Part shown: in pieces, positions 1 to 13,544 of the stretch
Position numbering within the stretch: the stretch's first letter is position 1
Layout of the letters: the number at the start of each line of letters is the position of its first letter
Source: Lytechinus pictus
Taxonomy: Eukaryota
Direction: 5' to 3'
DNA length: 64,000 nt
Assembly: GCF_037042905.1 (NCBI RefSeq)
Contig: NC_087250.1
Coordinates: 8,806,001 to 8,870,000, forward strand
Translations under genes and position numbers: made by a program
Notes under the pieces: generated by a model
Seen by the model: the letters and a program-made list of their open reading frames with translations, nothing else
Databases searched by the model: none
Told to the model about the DNA's origin: nothing

Positions 1-1608
1 GGTTGCCTTTTGACTCTATGCAAATTACATAACCATGTTCTTTTATTCGGGGTCCCGGGTGGTGGGTCAGACCCATCCTCGCCCTCAGTTCCTCGGGACC
101 GCTCGTCAATGTAAGTGGCCCCCCGGGGGCGGGATGTCGTTGCCCAAAGTTGGCTTTCTATAGCAGTCTCTTCCTCCATTCAGGTTTTGGATGGGTTGGG
201 CCGGACCCATCCTTGTCCTCAGTTCCTCAGACCAGTTGTTCCTCAGGAGGGGGGGGGGGTCGGGGTCGTTGCCCCAAGTTGGCTTTCTATAGGGGTCTGT
301 ACCTCCACGGGGAGATCGATCAACTCCTCCCCGGCTTGGACTTGTATCTCTACCATCTGGAAAGAGAAAAGGAAACAGGTTACCCACAATTACAAAGTGG
401 AAAGAAATATTTGTCAATATACATGCCTTCTGCATGAATAACACCAACACATGAAATCAATCATCAGGGTTTGACAGTAGCAGTATCTTTCCTTCCTTTA
501 GTCAGGTCTTGAAGGCTCTGTCTTATCAAGGCACCTTTTACGTTGGTTGTGATTCACAGTCAGGGCCTATTTCCTATAAATCAACCCAATATACGTAAGG
601 AGTATAATGTTTGACAATCTCCCTCCCTTTGTCTGTAAAAAAAATATTAAACTTTCTTCATACACAATAACCCTTATTATATGATAACATTATGTCCTGT
701 CGTGCCCCACGTATTTCCTTTGGGGCCACATCACCAAGGGTACTAGATAAACTAAGATTTGGCCCCCCTATCGGAGAGTATGAGCTATTAAAAAAGTTAA
801 ATTTACCGTTCAGTCCATTGACATTAAGACTGGTTAGTGCAGTCAGATGAAGAGGCTACTAAATGAAAAAGGGTCTAATTTCTCCTCGAAGTATGCAATC
901 TCAATGAAAAGGCCAGAGTTTTTAAGTTTGTCTTTGCTCCAGCCAAGTCTGTAGAAGTCTACCTCAATTTCTTACTGCCCCATAGCATTTGCCATAGTGG
1001 TGTGAACTTTACCCTTGTATACACATATTTGTGATAGATTACTTATTAAAGAACAAGTCTGATTGGATCCTGGCCAGTGCTTTGGCCAAAATATGCATGC
1101 AACAGTGATGGTGATTGGCTGCTGCCACATAGCAATCGATTGCAACCCTATTGAAATATAGTAGTGGTCAACTAATAACTGTCATGTGCCTCCGTTTGGT
1201 TCAGTACTACTGGGTTTATCGAAAGAGTTTGATCTTTCTTTTTTAACAAATAAGAATGAAATAACTACAAAAAATGCTTACACTATGTTTTACTTCTAGG
1301 TATGTATTGTGCTTTTTTTTCAAAAAAGGCATTTGCTTGTTTCTTCAACAAGTGATTGAAAGAAAGAGAAGATATGTTACACTTTGAATTGATTCAAAAT
1401 TTACATTCATTAAAAAAGTGGGCTTCTGTGTGAAAGTTGTGTGCAATCATTAACTGTTATACATGGAGGTAAATGACTTGATGAATATTTGGTATGATAA
1501 GCTCTTATGAAGATGTATTGGTTACAAGAGATTTGCTCCTGCGACAATGCTCTGGGCTGTATTTTGTCTAAAGGGGTTGGGGTTGCAGTAAGGTTTTATG
1601 TTGAGTAT

Positions 1609-2171
1609 AGGGGGAATCCAGCCTTGGTTCACAAAATGTTGTGTTGGAAAGAAGAAAAATAAATAAAAAAGAATGATGAAAGTTTGAAAGAAATTGGATA
1701 AGCAATAAGAAAGTTATGGCTGTTTTAAAATCGGAGATCCGTAATTCTATGTAGATTTCAAATTGGCAACTGAGTAAGAAAATTATGACAAGGGGCAAGG
1801 ACAACTTTCTCATAGGCCATGTACTTAATTATCAGGGATTTGTGGTTTTCTCCTAAGTACCCTTTCGCCTGGGGCAGTAATCTAAATATGACCCAGGTAG
1901 TGCTATTGTTTTATGTCCTCATGAAAGAAAATTACAATTTTAAGTAAGACTTTTTAAAATAATGACATTTTAGCAATTTCATGTATTAGAGTACATGGAA
2001 GAGTAGTCCTTGCCTTACATCACTATGACATCATATATGCGGCCAATTTGAAGTCTCCAGGGGTATAGTGATTACCAATATTTGCAACTTTTGTTCAAAC
2101 TTTCATCTATCAGCTTGTGTGATTTTACTTTTTCCTCTAAAACCAAGTTTTTATTTGGGTTGGATTCCCCT
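1609..2171. mobile_element. MITE (ggggaatcca...tggattcccc) inserted into an older repeat
   Basis: Inverted termini, TTAA on the right; inverted relative at ~15780-16280. Interrupts an element whose intact form is at ~30073-30268. Confidence 0.65.
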
Positions 2172-3789
2172 TTAAGTTTAGGAATGTGGAATTTACAGTG
2201 GAGCAATTGTCACCGGAGCAAGTGTCTTTAAACCATTGTATGAGCCAACTTGATATGATTTTATATGTGTCCATGTTTTCAAATTTCCAATATAGCATGA
2301 ATATCAGTGTTTACTTAATGACTTCTCAGGAAACCAGTATTGATAAAGATCGAGATACCCTTTATAAATAAAACAAAGGGAGCATGGTTTATTAATATAT
2401 ATACATTTGGTACTTACGTTCTTTCTAGGTAATGACATGTTTTCAACAGTTCGAGAAATAATTATTAGATCACAACCTTCGGGGGGGGGGGGGGGCTGAG
2501 TCCAATGATTTTTCCTGTACTTTATATATGGATGGATGTTAAAAAAATTCCAGTGTGCTATTTACATTTTCTAATGGGGGACAGATGAATATCGTGTTTT
2601 TTGTGAAATGTTTTGTTAACTTTGCAGCTGTTCCTAATCAATGATATTAGAATCATGATATTATATATTGAAATGTGATTTTTTTTTCCTTATTATTCTG
2701 AACAAGCTTTTTGAAAATGTAAAATGTAATATTTCAAAAATGCAACAAAAAATGAAGAAAAAAAATTATATGCACAAATTGATTATGGTTTCTCCAACAT
2801 GGTATGACTGCAAAATGACTGTCATTTTAGGCAAATATGCTTCAAGACATGCCAGTCCAATAAAGATCAAGAACAATGATTTGAACCGTAGATACAATCA
2901 CGTGCTAAAAAGTTAGTGAACCCCACAAGAAAATGAACATATTTCAAGTGTTCAAGTTTTAGACATTTTAATGGTTAAGTCGGTTGATAAAATATTACAT
3001 GAAGTAAAGATTGTTTATCTGGGCTCACCAATCATCGTAGTGTTGTTGTCTCCATTGAGCACTCAGCATGGAGGAGTGCATTTTCTGGTGGGGTTGGGTG
3101 TACTAACTTTTTAGCACCGATGTAGTTTAGATACATGAAATTATTGAAACAACACAAAATGATTTTACGATGTAAGGAAATTTAATTCCTGTTGAAGAAT
3201 TCGATTTCTAAATCTCAAGAAATGGGATTTTTAACTGTTAAAGCGGTTTGCCACTCTAATGCTGGCTAAAACATGTGAGCAGTGCATGAACATCATTTTG
3301 TATCATGTAAACCCACACAGTTATGTTCATCAAAATTCCTATGAATGATCATGATGCCTTCGTTGTTTCCAACCCATTTCCATGAATTTTGTGTATTTTT
3401 GAATTATGATACAAATGTGGAAGTTATTTTGAATACGGAATAATGAATAAAATGTGAAAATTTTCTTATATTTTCTTGTATTCATGAGTGAATGTATTTA
3501 TGATATACTTTGTTACATATATGTCTATATTGAAATTTGTTCTTAGTACGAAGTTATTTTTGCCTTGCTATTGATGATTTTGTTTGAAATGTGAACTTTT
3601 GTAATTCGTCTTTTGCCGCAAAGAAAGTATTTTTAATAAACCATTTTGAATTGAATTGAAAAAAAATTAGATGTTTTTTTATTGAATCGTAGACATGGAA
3701 AATAATATTTTGGAAGGGGATCGGTGGAAGTGGGAAAAAAAAGATCAAGAGAGAGGGGGAGGGGGTGGGAGAGCAAATGAAGAAGAGAA

Positions 3790-4490
3790 GGCGGCACGGG
3801 AGGGTGGGCACCGGACGAGTGTGTGTTATGAAGAGAAAGGGTGTGCGTGGGAGAGTCTGTGTGTGGGTGTGTAAGATGGATGAGAGAGAGAAAGGGGAGC
3901 ATGGCAGGGCGGGCATCGGACGAGTGTGTGTTATGAAGAGAAAGGGTGTGCGTGGGAGAGTCTGTGTGTGGGTGTGTAAGATGGATGAGAGAGAGAGAAA
4001 GGGGAGCGAAAATATAAGGGGAGCATGGCAGGGCGGGCATCGGACGAGTGTGTATTATGAAGAGAAAGGGTGTGCGCAGAGAGTCTGTGTGTGAGTGTGT
4101 AAGATGGATGAGAGAGAGAGAAGAGTGAAAATAGAAGGGGAGCATGGCAGGGCGGGTACCGGACGAGTGTGTATTATGAAGAGAGAAAGGGTGTGCGCAG
4201 AGTCTGTGCGTGAGTGTGTAAGATGGATGAGAGAGAGAGAAAGAAGAGCGAAAGGGGAGCGAAAATATAAGGGGAGCATGGCAGGGCGGGCAACGGACGA
4301 GTGTCTGTTATGAAGGAAAAGGGTGTGCGTGGGAGTGTGGGTGTGTAAGATGGATGAGAGAGAGAGAAGAGTGAAAATAAAAGGGGAGCATTGCAGGGCG
4401 GGTACCGGACGAGTGTAGGTAGAGGTGAAGTGAGAGGGGAGGAGGTACGTAGAGAATCTGTGTGTGGGTGTGTAGATTGATTGAGAGAGA
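3790..4490. repeat. GA/GT-rich minisatellite, ~6 units of 110-135 bp
   Basis: gagcatggcagggcggg...ggacgagtgtgt...aagatggatgagagagag recurs at ~3897, 4021, 4140, 4274 and 4386. Confidence 0.9.
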
Positions 4491-6397
4491 AAAGAAATAG
4501 GAGGGGGACATGGGGGCGGGCTACCGGATGAGTGTGGATAGAGAGGAAATAAGAGAGAGGGTAATGTGAGAGTCTGTATGCGGAGTCTGTAGAGATTCTG
4601 TGGGTGTGTAAGATGGAATGGGAGAGTGTGTGTGTGTGTGAGAGAGATAAAAATGGTACAAGAATTGAAAGAAGGATAATAGAGAGGGTGCGTAGAGAGT
4701 CTGTGTGTAGGTGTCAGGGGGTGTCATAAAAACTGCCCCTTTGATATTTCTATAAAGATTTAAAATGAACAAAAAATTGAAAGAGGAAAACGTGAGAAAA
4801 ACGGAGAGGGGAGAAAAGGGAAGGGAAAATTGAAAAGATTTCGCTGTGTCATGTAACCCTACTTTCCATTGAAACAGAAGGGATGCCTTTTTAGCCACTT
4901 TGTACCCCCCCCCACCCCCCCCCCCCCCCCCGCTTCAATACTACGGCGCCACGGCCATGGCGAAGAAATATCCCTTGGAACATTTATATCATATCTCTTC
5001 ATGACATTAAAGAGGATGTTAATCCTGACAAAAAGTTTAAAGTAAAAATTGGATATAAAAAATCATACAAAAATTATTTTTGAAGTTTTGAGGAAAATCG
5101 ATCAAGATTTAAAAAGTAATTGATTTTATGTGTGTGTGTTTGATTGGTAGCGTCAGACGAAAATACCCCCATTATCGTATGGTAAAAAATCAATGAAATG
5201 CCATTTTCTCAAAAATTTGAAAACGGTTTTTTATGTACCTTCAGTATATCAATAGACAGATTCACACCCGCTCCTGATAGAAAAAAAAACATCTTTAGTC
5301 ATCAAGAACCATTATGGGCAGCTGCACGTATATGACGTATTTTTTTATATATTTCTCAATCTTTGATGGATTTTCATCAGACCTTCGGCAATATTTTTTT
5401 TTATTATTTTATTTTTTGGGGAGGGGTATTTTAACAAATTTATTTTCAGGGTTAACTTCCCGTTTAATCATTATAGTTGCTTATCCCCCCCCCCCAAAAA
5501 AAAAAAATGCCTGAAATGGCTCCTTATGAGGGGTACACTACATGTTTCAGGCTCATCGATGTTAGGCTACTACTTTTTGTGTTAGAAAACTGAATAAAAA
5601 TGGAGGTGGGATAGAGAGAGAGAAAGGTGGAGAGCAAAACGAAAAAAAAAGAGAAAAAAAAAACCTAAATCGAAAGGTACGCTTGTGTCGATTTACCCCC
5701 TTCTTATAAATAAAATTGCCAGAATTCAAACAGTTCATGCTACAAATTGCCAAATGTAACTGAATTGGTTGCTCAAACATATTCCTTTTTTCTTTTCTCT
5801 GTATCCCCCCCCCCCCCCCTTCTCCTACCCCTATCTCCCCCTCCCCTTCCCTCTCTTTCTCTTCCTTTCTCTCTACTCCGTCCCACTTTCTCTTAAAATC
5901 TGGAACTAGAATAGTATAGGTTTTACATGTTTAACGGATCCATGTTGAGAAGGAAATGAAAGAGAAAATAAATGTTTTTTATTATGAATTTGAAATCAAC
6001 TAATAGGTTTGTACCAATGAAAATAATACAATGAAGAAAACATCAGAAATTCGCACCACTCGTTTAATCTCTCGTGATTTGTGACTAATAATGATAACGA
6101 AAATTTGAAAATCCAATGCTTTATCTTAACATAAAAAGATGGGTCATACTAGGAATTATGACTGTTTTCCATAAATGACCAATGATCTTCAAGTCGCATT
6201 TTAGGAATAAGCGTCCTGATGAAAATCTGCATTATGGTACGCTCTACACTGACAATGTGTCATATAATGGTTTTATTACCATTCTTCGTGCGCTTATTTC
6301 AGCTTTCGTTAATGAAATTTAGGAACCAAAATGTTATGAATCTCACTTGGCTTTGCTATAATTCTCTAGTCGTAGGTAACTAATCAAAGAGATTATG

Positions 6398-6738
6398 GGC
6401 CATTCTTGGTCACGAAATGACCGAAATTATGACAAATCTTAACTTTACTTAGTCATAAATTTACAAATTTTAGAGATATAGTAATTCAATGGTTATAACA
6501 TTAACATGTAGTCAGCTATCATTTGGAAATATTTTTTGTCTTCGATAATTATGCAGGTTCAAGGTCAGAGGTCAAAAGAAGTGGGTCATCCGTGTGACTT
6601 CACACAGAAGCATGATCATCAAAGTGTAATTCCATCATAATCATTTATAATTCTCTATCTTTCTTAGATTTAGGGCCTTTAAGTAAATAGAGTCAAGATT
6701 TCTCGTAATTTTGGTCACAAACGTGACCAAGGATGGCC
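6398..6738. mobile_element. MITE with GGGCCAT TIRs
   Basis: gggccattcttggtcacg...cgtgaccaaggatggccc; inverted partial copy at ~41315-41531. Confidence 0.7.
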
Positions 6739-8366
6739 CTCAAAGTTCAACTTGACGTCAAGATAAAAGGTCCACAAAAATAAAAAGGGAATGAATTCTT
6801 GCTTGCAGATCTACGGCCGTACCTACATTTTAGTATGCACTCGATCCATTAATTTCACTTGACAAAATACGCAAAACGCCACAATGACAAGCTCGGTCGC
6901 TTCACGCCCTCGCTTTTTAGTTGTTTTTTTCAAAAAAAAAAAACGTAGTGCTGCCCCCAGCGAAAATGTTCTGCTTACGGCCATGTGCAGATATACAGTA
7001 GATGTAGACGTATTGATATAAGAACAAAGACAAACGATTTTCGATTTTACTATCATCATGTTACATCAATCTTTTTTTTTCTGGTAAAAGAAAAAACAAA
7101 ATGACAATACGGTATTCACTGAAATCAACTTGAAGTATTGTACTGTAAAATCTACAGTAGATTTAGAACTACTGCAGTCTTAAATCATAAAAATAATAAC
7201 AATCATAACATTTGGTATATGTTATAATAATGAAACATTTTAAAATGTCTTTTTGTATATTTTGTTTATTTATAATTGTAAAGCGCATAGAAAACAATAC
7301 CAGCTAAACACCCTATATTTTAATTGTTAATAATAGTAAGAAGAGTAATAATAATAACAGTAATAATAATAATAATGATAGTAAAAATAATAATTATAAT
7401 AACAATAATAATATTGGTAATTTTTAAATAATAATATAAAGTATTTGTGTTTAAACAAGGGATTGACTTTGGTCCCAGAAAGTTATAAAAACATATTAAT
7501 AGAGGTTTTTTTTTTTAACAAAATCTTTTTAACAATCTTTTTTTTTCTGGTAAAAGAAAAAACAAAATGACAATACGGTATTCACTGAAATCAACTTGAA
7601 GTATTGTACTGTAAAAAAAAGACTGTAGTTTGACAAACTACAGTCAACGAATAATGTTCAGGAGAGTTTGGAGGCCCAATTCAAGAAGAGAATAACTGCC
7701 CACAACTGATTCTGCCATTATTGTAACTACCATGGAAACCTTGATTGTGATTGGCTGCTGACCCTGTTAGTGTTACCATGGTAGCTGCCATATTATTTAA
7801 TAATCGATTCTATGAAAAAATAACATCATATTTATGTCATTTACGATGTGGGAGATGCTCGCAAGTGACTTCACAAAATCTGTTTTAAAAAAGCCAAATG
7901 TTATTATTCGAGGTATGCTCGTCAAACATCCATTTATGTTTCATCCTATTTTCTGCCTTAATTCATAATAGAGGATATCAAGGTGGACTTTTCATAAGCA
8001 GCTTCGATATTTCAAAGGAGAGTAAAAAATGCAACTTATTTTTCTTGGGGGATGATTAAATTCATAAGCTATCTGTTAGAATGATAAATAAAATTATAGA
8101 TAATTATAACAAAAGAAAACATTTGTTAGGAAAGTAAAGAACGCAACTTATTTTCGGTGAAAAAAAATGATTGAATTCATAAGCCATCCGTTAGAATGAT
8201 AAATAAAAGTTATAGATAACACAAAAGAAAACATAGTAAAATCATAAAAATGTATATAATGACAAAAGTACATTAAACTAAGATTTAAAAAACATCCTTG
8301 CAATTTGAAGTATTTGATATACGTTCCTCAAGAACAGCCATATGCCCCCAATCAAATAATAATTGA

Positions 8367-9959
8367 TTATTTCCATGGGGTCCAATATCCCATTTCGGTG
8401 TAATCTTGATTTACGGTAAGGTTGTTCAAGGGTGTTCTGCAAGACGTGAACCAGACGGAGTCCCGAAGGTACTTAATATCGCCCTCCTCTCGAGGATGAA
8501 TATGAGGGATTGTCCTACACAGATCTCCTGGACGCAAGGGGTAGGTGTTGACTACCTCACCCCGACGTCTCCAGTCGTGGAATTTCCTGTACAAGGTCTC
8601 GTCACGGTCAACTTTCTGGAGGAACTCCGCAAGGCCCTTGACGTCCTCAAAATCACCAATATGGACAAAGGAATTTGGTGGTGCCACCTGCTCGTAATCC
8701 TTCTTCGGGGCACCTAGGACCAGTGGCACTGCACCGTACAGGAGAGATATCATCCAGAACTTTTCGGTGATGTAGTCGCGGCATTCAGAGTTGGGAATGG
8801 CCAGGAAGAACTTGTAACTGGCGAAGAGCCTGTTGCATGCTTCCGACCTCCTCGGGAGGCACTGCTTGTGTCCACACGCGCCGTAATCATCCAGGGGTAT
8901 TTCTTCGAGGATTTTCTGGATGAAGGGCACCCTCGGCCAATACACTTCTTTACAGTTGGTTGCCACCCAGGAAAGAAGTCCTGTCCTGTTCCCAAAGAAG
9001 GCATCAGACATGACCGTGTCATCCGTCGTGGCAGTGGTGTTGTCAAACTCTCTGTAGTACCCAAATGGAATAGGAATATCGGCTTCTCTGTTGTAGGTCA
9101 TCAGAATGTGGTATTTTAAAGAAGCAATGTCAAAAGGCTGAGCCCAACGAGACGCTCTGTAAGGAGACTCCGTACTGAAGTAGATCCAAGTTTGTGAAGG
9201 ATCAGGAGTTATATCTGAAATCATATGAAGCATGTCATGTCCTTTCCATATTGTAGGGACCATCCCAAAGATCACAGCATCTTTTCCTCTTATTGAGTGT
9301 AGCCTATCCCCGAGGGTAAGGACTATATCACAATCATAACCTTCGGCCACGCAGTCGATGTCAGACTCGTAATCAGTCTTGGAGCTCGTTTGTAGAAATC
9401 TTCGAAAGTGGTTCATTTCTGGAAACGTCAACGTGTGTTCCATACCCGAAAATATATGAACTCTCTTGATACATTTCGGCGTCTCCTCCGCCTCCAGTTC
9501 TGTATCATTGTCCATTTCCTCTTTCCCATCAACTGATGGGGCGCCCTCTTCAGGTACCCTACAGCTTGAAGCCATTTCTTTATCAGCTAAAAATAATTGA
9601 TGACATGTTGTGTTATCTCGGATATAATCAAAGTAAGGCCCTTGCAATAGCGTTTTCCTTTGTGGATGTCTGTTAGCATGGTAGTGTCCATCGATGTATA
9701 GGCCCTGCAAGGAGTCATACTGTTTGGTAACTTCGTAAATATGGATGAAACCTCCAGAAGACAGTCTTTGCGAATCAGGCTCAATCAAATCTCTACGGTA
9801 AATGAAGTCTTGTTCCAAGATAGACTCATTACCTTGATGAACTCGGCATCCGATCTTCTCTTCAAATGGCTTGGTGATATCGGAAGGGAACGTCTGTGTA
9901 ACATTTAGTCCGACATGAAACATGATGCCAGAAAGGACGGCCACAACCAGCTTAGTCAC
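8367..9959 (-). CDS. GT10-family alpha-1,3/1,4-fucosyltransferase-like protein, main coding exon
   Basis: 530-codon open frame with the alpha-1,3-FucT motif YKFFLAIPNSECRDYITEKFW, plus WIYFSTESP, MTYNREADIPIPFG, WVATNC, DDYGACG, GAVPLVLG and APPNSFVHIGDF. Starts directly after a polypyrimidine+AG acceptor (minus strand ttttccttctctattag|GTG), so the GTG is not the true start. N-terminal hydrophobic anchor LVVAVLSGIMFHVGL. Confidence 0.93.
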   Translation of the reverse strand: MTKLVVAVLSGIMFHVGLNVTQTFPSDITKPFEEKIGCRVHQGNESILEQDFIYRRDLIEPDSQRLSSGGFIHIYEVTKQYDSLQGLYIDGHYHANRHPQRKTLLQGPYFDYIRDNTTCHQLFLADKEMASSCRVPEEGAPSVDGKEEMDNDTELEAEETPKCIKRVHIFSGMEHTLTFPEMNHFRRFLQTSSKTDYESDIDCVAEGYDCDIVLTLGDRLHSIRGKDAVIFGMVPTIWKGHDMLHMISDITPDPSQTWIYFSTESPYRASRWAQPFDIASLKYHILMTYNREADIPIPFGYYREFDNTTATTDDTVMSDAFFGNRTGLLSWVATNCKEVYWPRVPFIQKILEEIPLDDYGACGHKQCLPRRSEACNRLFASYKFFLAIPNSECRDYITEKFWMISLLYGAVPLVLGAPKKDYEQVAPPNSFVHIGDFEDVKGLAEFLQKVDRDETLYRKFHDWRRRGEVVNTYPLRPGDLCRTIPHIHPREEGDIKYLRDSVWFTSCRTPLNNLTVNQDYTEMGYWTPWK

Positions 9960-10036
9960 CTAATAGAGAAGGAAAATGGGACTCGAGATCATGATTTAGA
10001 CATATACAGTTTTGATGATTAGAATTTGGATACAGC

Positions 10037-10471
10037 CCCCCCCCCCCGGGGGGGGGGGGGCTACTTAGCATAAATGTATGAAACGTATGTGCCTCGGTCG
10101 AGACCCCCCATTTTCAGCGCCTAAATTCCCGTTCTAGAGCATAACCAATTTAGGATATCATAGAAATATTTTCCCCCTTTCCAGAGACCCTCAAATTGTT
10201 TTTTTGTCTAGTTCCAGTGCGCGCCCATCATGAACTACTCAGCCGGTCGGGACGGCGAGCTCGATCGACGAGAAGTCATACGATTTCCAGAGACCAACAT
10301 ATATGATGTGGTCAGTTCCAGAGCAATGCATTTTTAGCAATCATTGATTCAAGGGCCGTTCCGGAGACCCCCATTTCAAAGACCAATATTTAGTTCCAGA
10401 GCCCCCTATATTTTCGAATTTGGTGTGGCACATAGGTATCATGTTATAATCTGAGTAGCCCCTTCCCCAGC
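10037..10471. mobile_element. Poly-G/poly-C-ended element with 8-bp TSD in the fucosyltransferase intron
   Basis: (G)nCTACTTAG...CTGAGTAGCCCC; TSD GATACAGC at 10029-10036 and 10472-10479; internal repeated ttccagag motifs. Confidence 0.7.
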
Positions 10472-12311
10472 GATACAGCTACATGTACTTAATCCTATAC
10501 CTGTTGATTTATCGGAGTATAATTGCCAGTTAAATATTCCCTGGCCAGGTAACAAGCCAATTATTGATGAATAGTTATTTCTATAAAAGAGAGAACATTT
10601 TGCTGTCCTCTTCGACCCTCTAACCGATCTGACAAATCAGCTGTGGACAAAGTATTTTTTTATTTTTGTTCATTTTATTTTTTTAATTAATTAATTTATT
10701 ATTCGTATTTTTATTTTATTCATTTATTTTTTTGTGGGGGAGGGGTCCATTTAATCCTTTTAACAATTAAATTCACTGTTTTACATACCTTTGTAATCTA
10801 CTAACAATATTCATAAAATTTAATTGATATCCAAAGAGTTAAGCATACAAATGACTCTGTTTACAATTTCCCGGCTGAGGAATTCCTCCTACCGCACTGG
10901 CAGATCCACGGGCCGGCTGTGCCCCCTCCCCCTTTTAGAGGCAGTTAAAATTTGTTATGTAAAAATGCCGTTAAAAACATCTTTGAAAGTGAAAACCTTT
11001 TTGGTAATTTTTTTTCGTGGACGAAATTTCCTTAATTTTTTATTGAAAACTTTTTTTTGTCATTTTTTTTCTCGGGAAAATGTGCCCCCCCCCTTTGAAA
11101 ATTCTGGGTCTTTCCCTGTCCTATCGGGTAGGAAAAGAAATCTTGTTCATGATTATGAAAACTGGTCAGAACATTCAAATTTTCAGGATTGTTTGACATA
11201 CATGAAATATCCAAATATTTAAACTAGCGCTTCTCGATCGCCTTGTTCATTTCGGCCTTATGATATGCTCTATCTTATAATGTACTTAAAATTTCAGTCT
11301 TTAAAAGGAGTTACTACTTCCCCTTAAAAAATATATATATACTTTCAGCGGCCGATCGAGGAAACTATTTTTATGTGGACGAAAATATATATTTTTTTCT
11401 GTCAGCCATAATAATATGATGCCTGCTTTGGTTAAAGAAATGACACATTTCTACGAAATTGAATACCCCCCTAGTTCCAAAACACGCTCACCCCCCCCCC
11501 CTTCCCTAGTTCCTGGAATCGTTTTCATTCTTTTTAAAAGGTCAATAGAATCCAAGCAGAACACACTGAAATAATGATTATTTTAATAATCTCCACAATT
11601 TTTTCCCAATTACAGAAACATTACATGAGTTGTCTTATTTCTGCACCTTTCTCTTAAATGTAAGAAAATGAATCGAACATTTTGCAAAGGCACATGTGAA
11701 TCATTATTACATAAAGTGGATGCATTGTACAAAAAATTTGGTTTGCATTATTCTATTATTTTGTGTTTTAATTGTAGGCGTGCGATAATGTAGACGGTAT
11801 AAAGATGCTCTTTAAAATTCTAAGCACTACTGTAAACTTTTGAAACAACTGTTTAAACTCTTTAAACAAGTTGTTAAAAAAAGTTTTAACAAATTTTGTG
11901 TTATAATGACAGGCATAAACAATGTGCTATTTTTGTTTTCACTGTGTAGTATTCAACATGATCAAGAGTGTCGGCTATGACAGGTCAATGGCCTTTCCGA
12001 CTTGCTGCATCCGCTACATTTTCTTTTCATTTATTTACATTTCTACTATTTTCTTCTTGCTTATATTGTTATTTAAATTCTATTACTCTTTTGCTGCTGT
12101 ATATCATTATCCTTCTGCATGTGTTTGTATAGTTTGAAGGATGTCAAATGAATTAACTGAAATGAAAAAAATATAGCCCTACACAGCAATGACCCACTAA
12201 ATCGAGAAGTGTTAATCAAAACAATTTGGAGTGACAAATAGATCACAACCATAATGAAAACAAAATAAATACGCCTACATCAGAGGAAGAATGTTTAAAG
12301 AGATATCTTAC

Positions 12312-12335
12312 CAGACATTTGGAGACACTGTCCAT
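12312..12335 (-). CDS. Probable first coding exon of the fucosyltransferase (MDSVSKCL)
   Basis: Minus strand ATG GAC AGT GTC TCC AAA TGT CTG|gtaaga. The phase-0 donor matches the phase-0 acceptor at 9959 and gives a short cytoplasmic tail before the anchor, as expected for a type II Golgi enzyme. Possible upstream acceptor (tgtacag) near 12412. Confidence 0.6.
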
Positions 12336-13363
12336 CTTTATAAAATAATGCACGTTGTAAAACGATGATCAACAAACTGCCGCAGTTGTCATAATCAAAT
12401 CCTCAATGTTCCTGTACATACTTTGAACGTCAAGCCGTAAGCGCAGTGACCTTCCTAATGAGAAGCTCGATCCTCACGTAGTAGATGACTATTGGCGCCG
12501 CTTTCTTTATCAATAGACCTTTAAATACCAAGGTATTCATGGTTTTGCGGAGCCTCGTAACGAGACATTCCTTTCTCATGAAATTACCATTAAACCCACA
12601 GGGGCGGATGCAGGTTTTTTTTATCCAAGGGGGGGGGGCACATTTTCCCAAGAAAAATCTGATAAAAAAGGAAATAATTAAGGTTGTTACTATTGATTAA
12701 GGTCAGTTTTTTATTTTGTCTCGCTTAAAACTTGACAGCAAAAAGAAAAAAAAATGTCCTCACTTTGGTATCAACGACATATTCCCATTAAAAAATACTG
12801 AAAATATTTACTCTACCTCTCAAGGGGAAGGGGATCCAGGATTTTCCAAAGGGGGGAGGGCACATTATCCTAAGAAAAATCTGACCCCCCAAAAAAGGAT
12901 ATAAAAGGTTGTCACTAAAGAATGAAGGTTTTTTTAATCTTATTTTGTCTCGCTTAAAACTTGACAAGCAAAAAGAAAAAAAATGGTCCTCGCTTCTGTA
13001 TCAACGATTTATTCCCATTATAAATATTACAAATATTTGCTGTTCCTCTCAAAGGGAGGGGGTGAGGTTATTTGTGCTTTTATATTCAAAATATTTACTA
13101 TGACTCTCAATGGGGGGGGGGCACGGGTCGGAAATGCCCCCCTCCCCTTCTGGATCCGCCACTGATACCCAGGGTGTTGTTTCACAAGTCTGCTCGTTAA
13201 AAGTAAGAAAGACTTTATGCAAGACTAAAACATGTTCTTTGGTGCTCATCAGCTGCATAGGTATATCTCATTTACCACAAGAAATAGAAATGGTAACCAG
13301 TCGCGCGTAAAGTCATTCGTAACTTAGGAACAGTATTGCGAAATACCAACGTGGGACCCGGTG

Positions 13364-13544
13364 GGTGTTTCATAAAGCTGTTCGTAAGTTAAGAACGACT
13401 TTAAAAGCGACTGGTGATCATTTCTTGTAGTAAATGGTATACAACAAAATGTTCATTGGAGATGATGGTTCAGCGCGTAAGAAAGGATCACCAGTCGTTC
13501 TTAAAGTCGCTCTTAGCTTACGAACAGCTTTATGAAACGTCCCC
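13364..13544. mobile_element. Short (~150-180 bp) hairpin MITE family
   Basis: gtttcataaagctgttcgtaag...cttacgaacagctttatgaaac. Relatives at ~24758-24925, ~24928-25109, ~35676-35820, ~37597-37811, ~53732-53892 and ~55190-55341. Confidence 0.7.

Noticed and set aside
3554..4511. Repetitive ORFs on both strands
   Set aside because: Translations of a minisatellite; no domain or splice support.
8406..9119. Plus-strand and alternate-frame ORFs overlapping the fucosyltransferase
   Set aside because: Shadow ORFs of a GC-rich coding region with no independent evidence.
10789..10814. Alternative first coding exon for the fucosyltransferase (ATG...AG|gtatgt)
   Set aside because: 26 nt gives phase 2, incompatible with the phase-0 acceptor at 9959.
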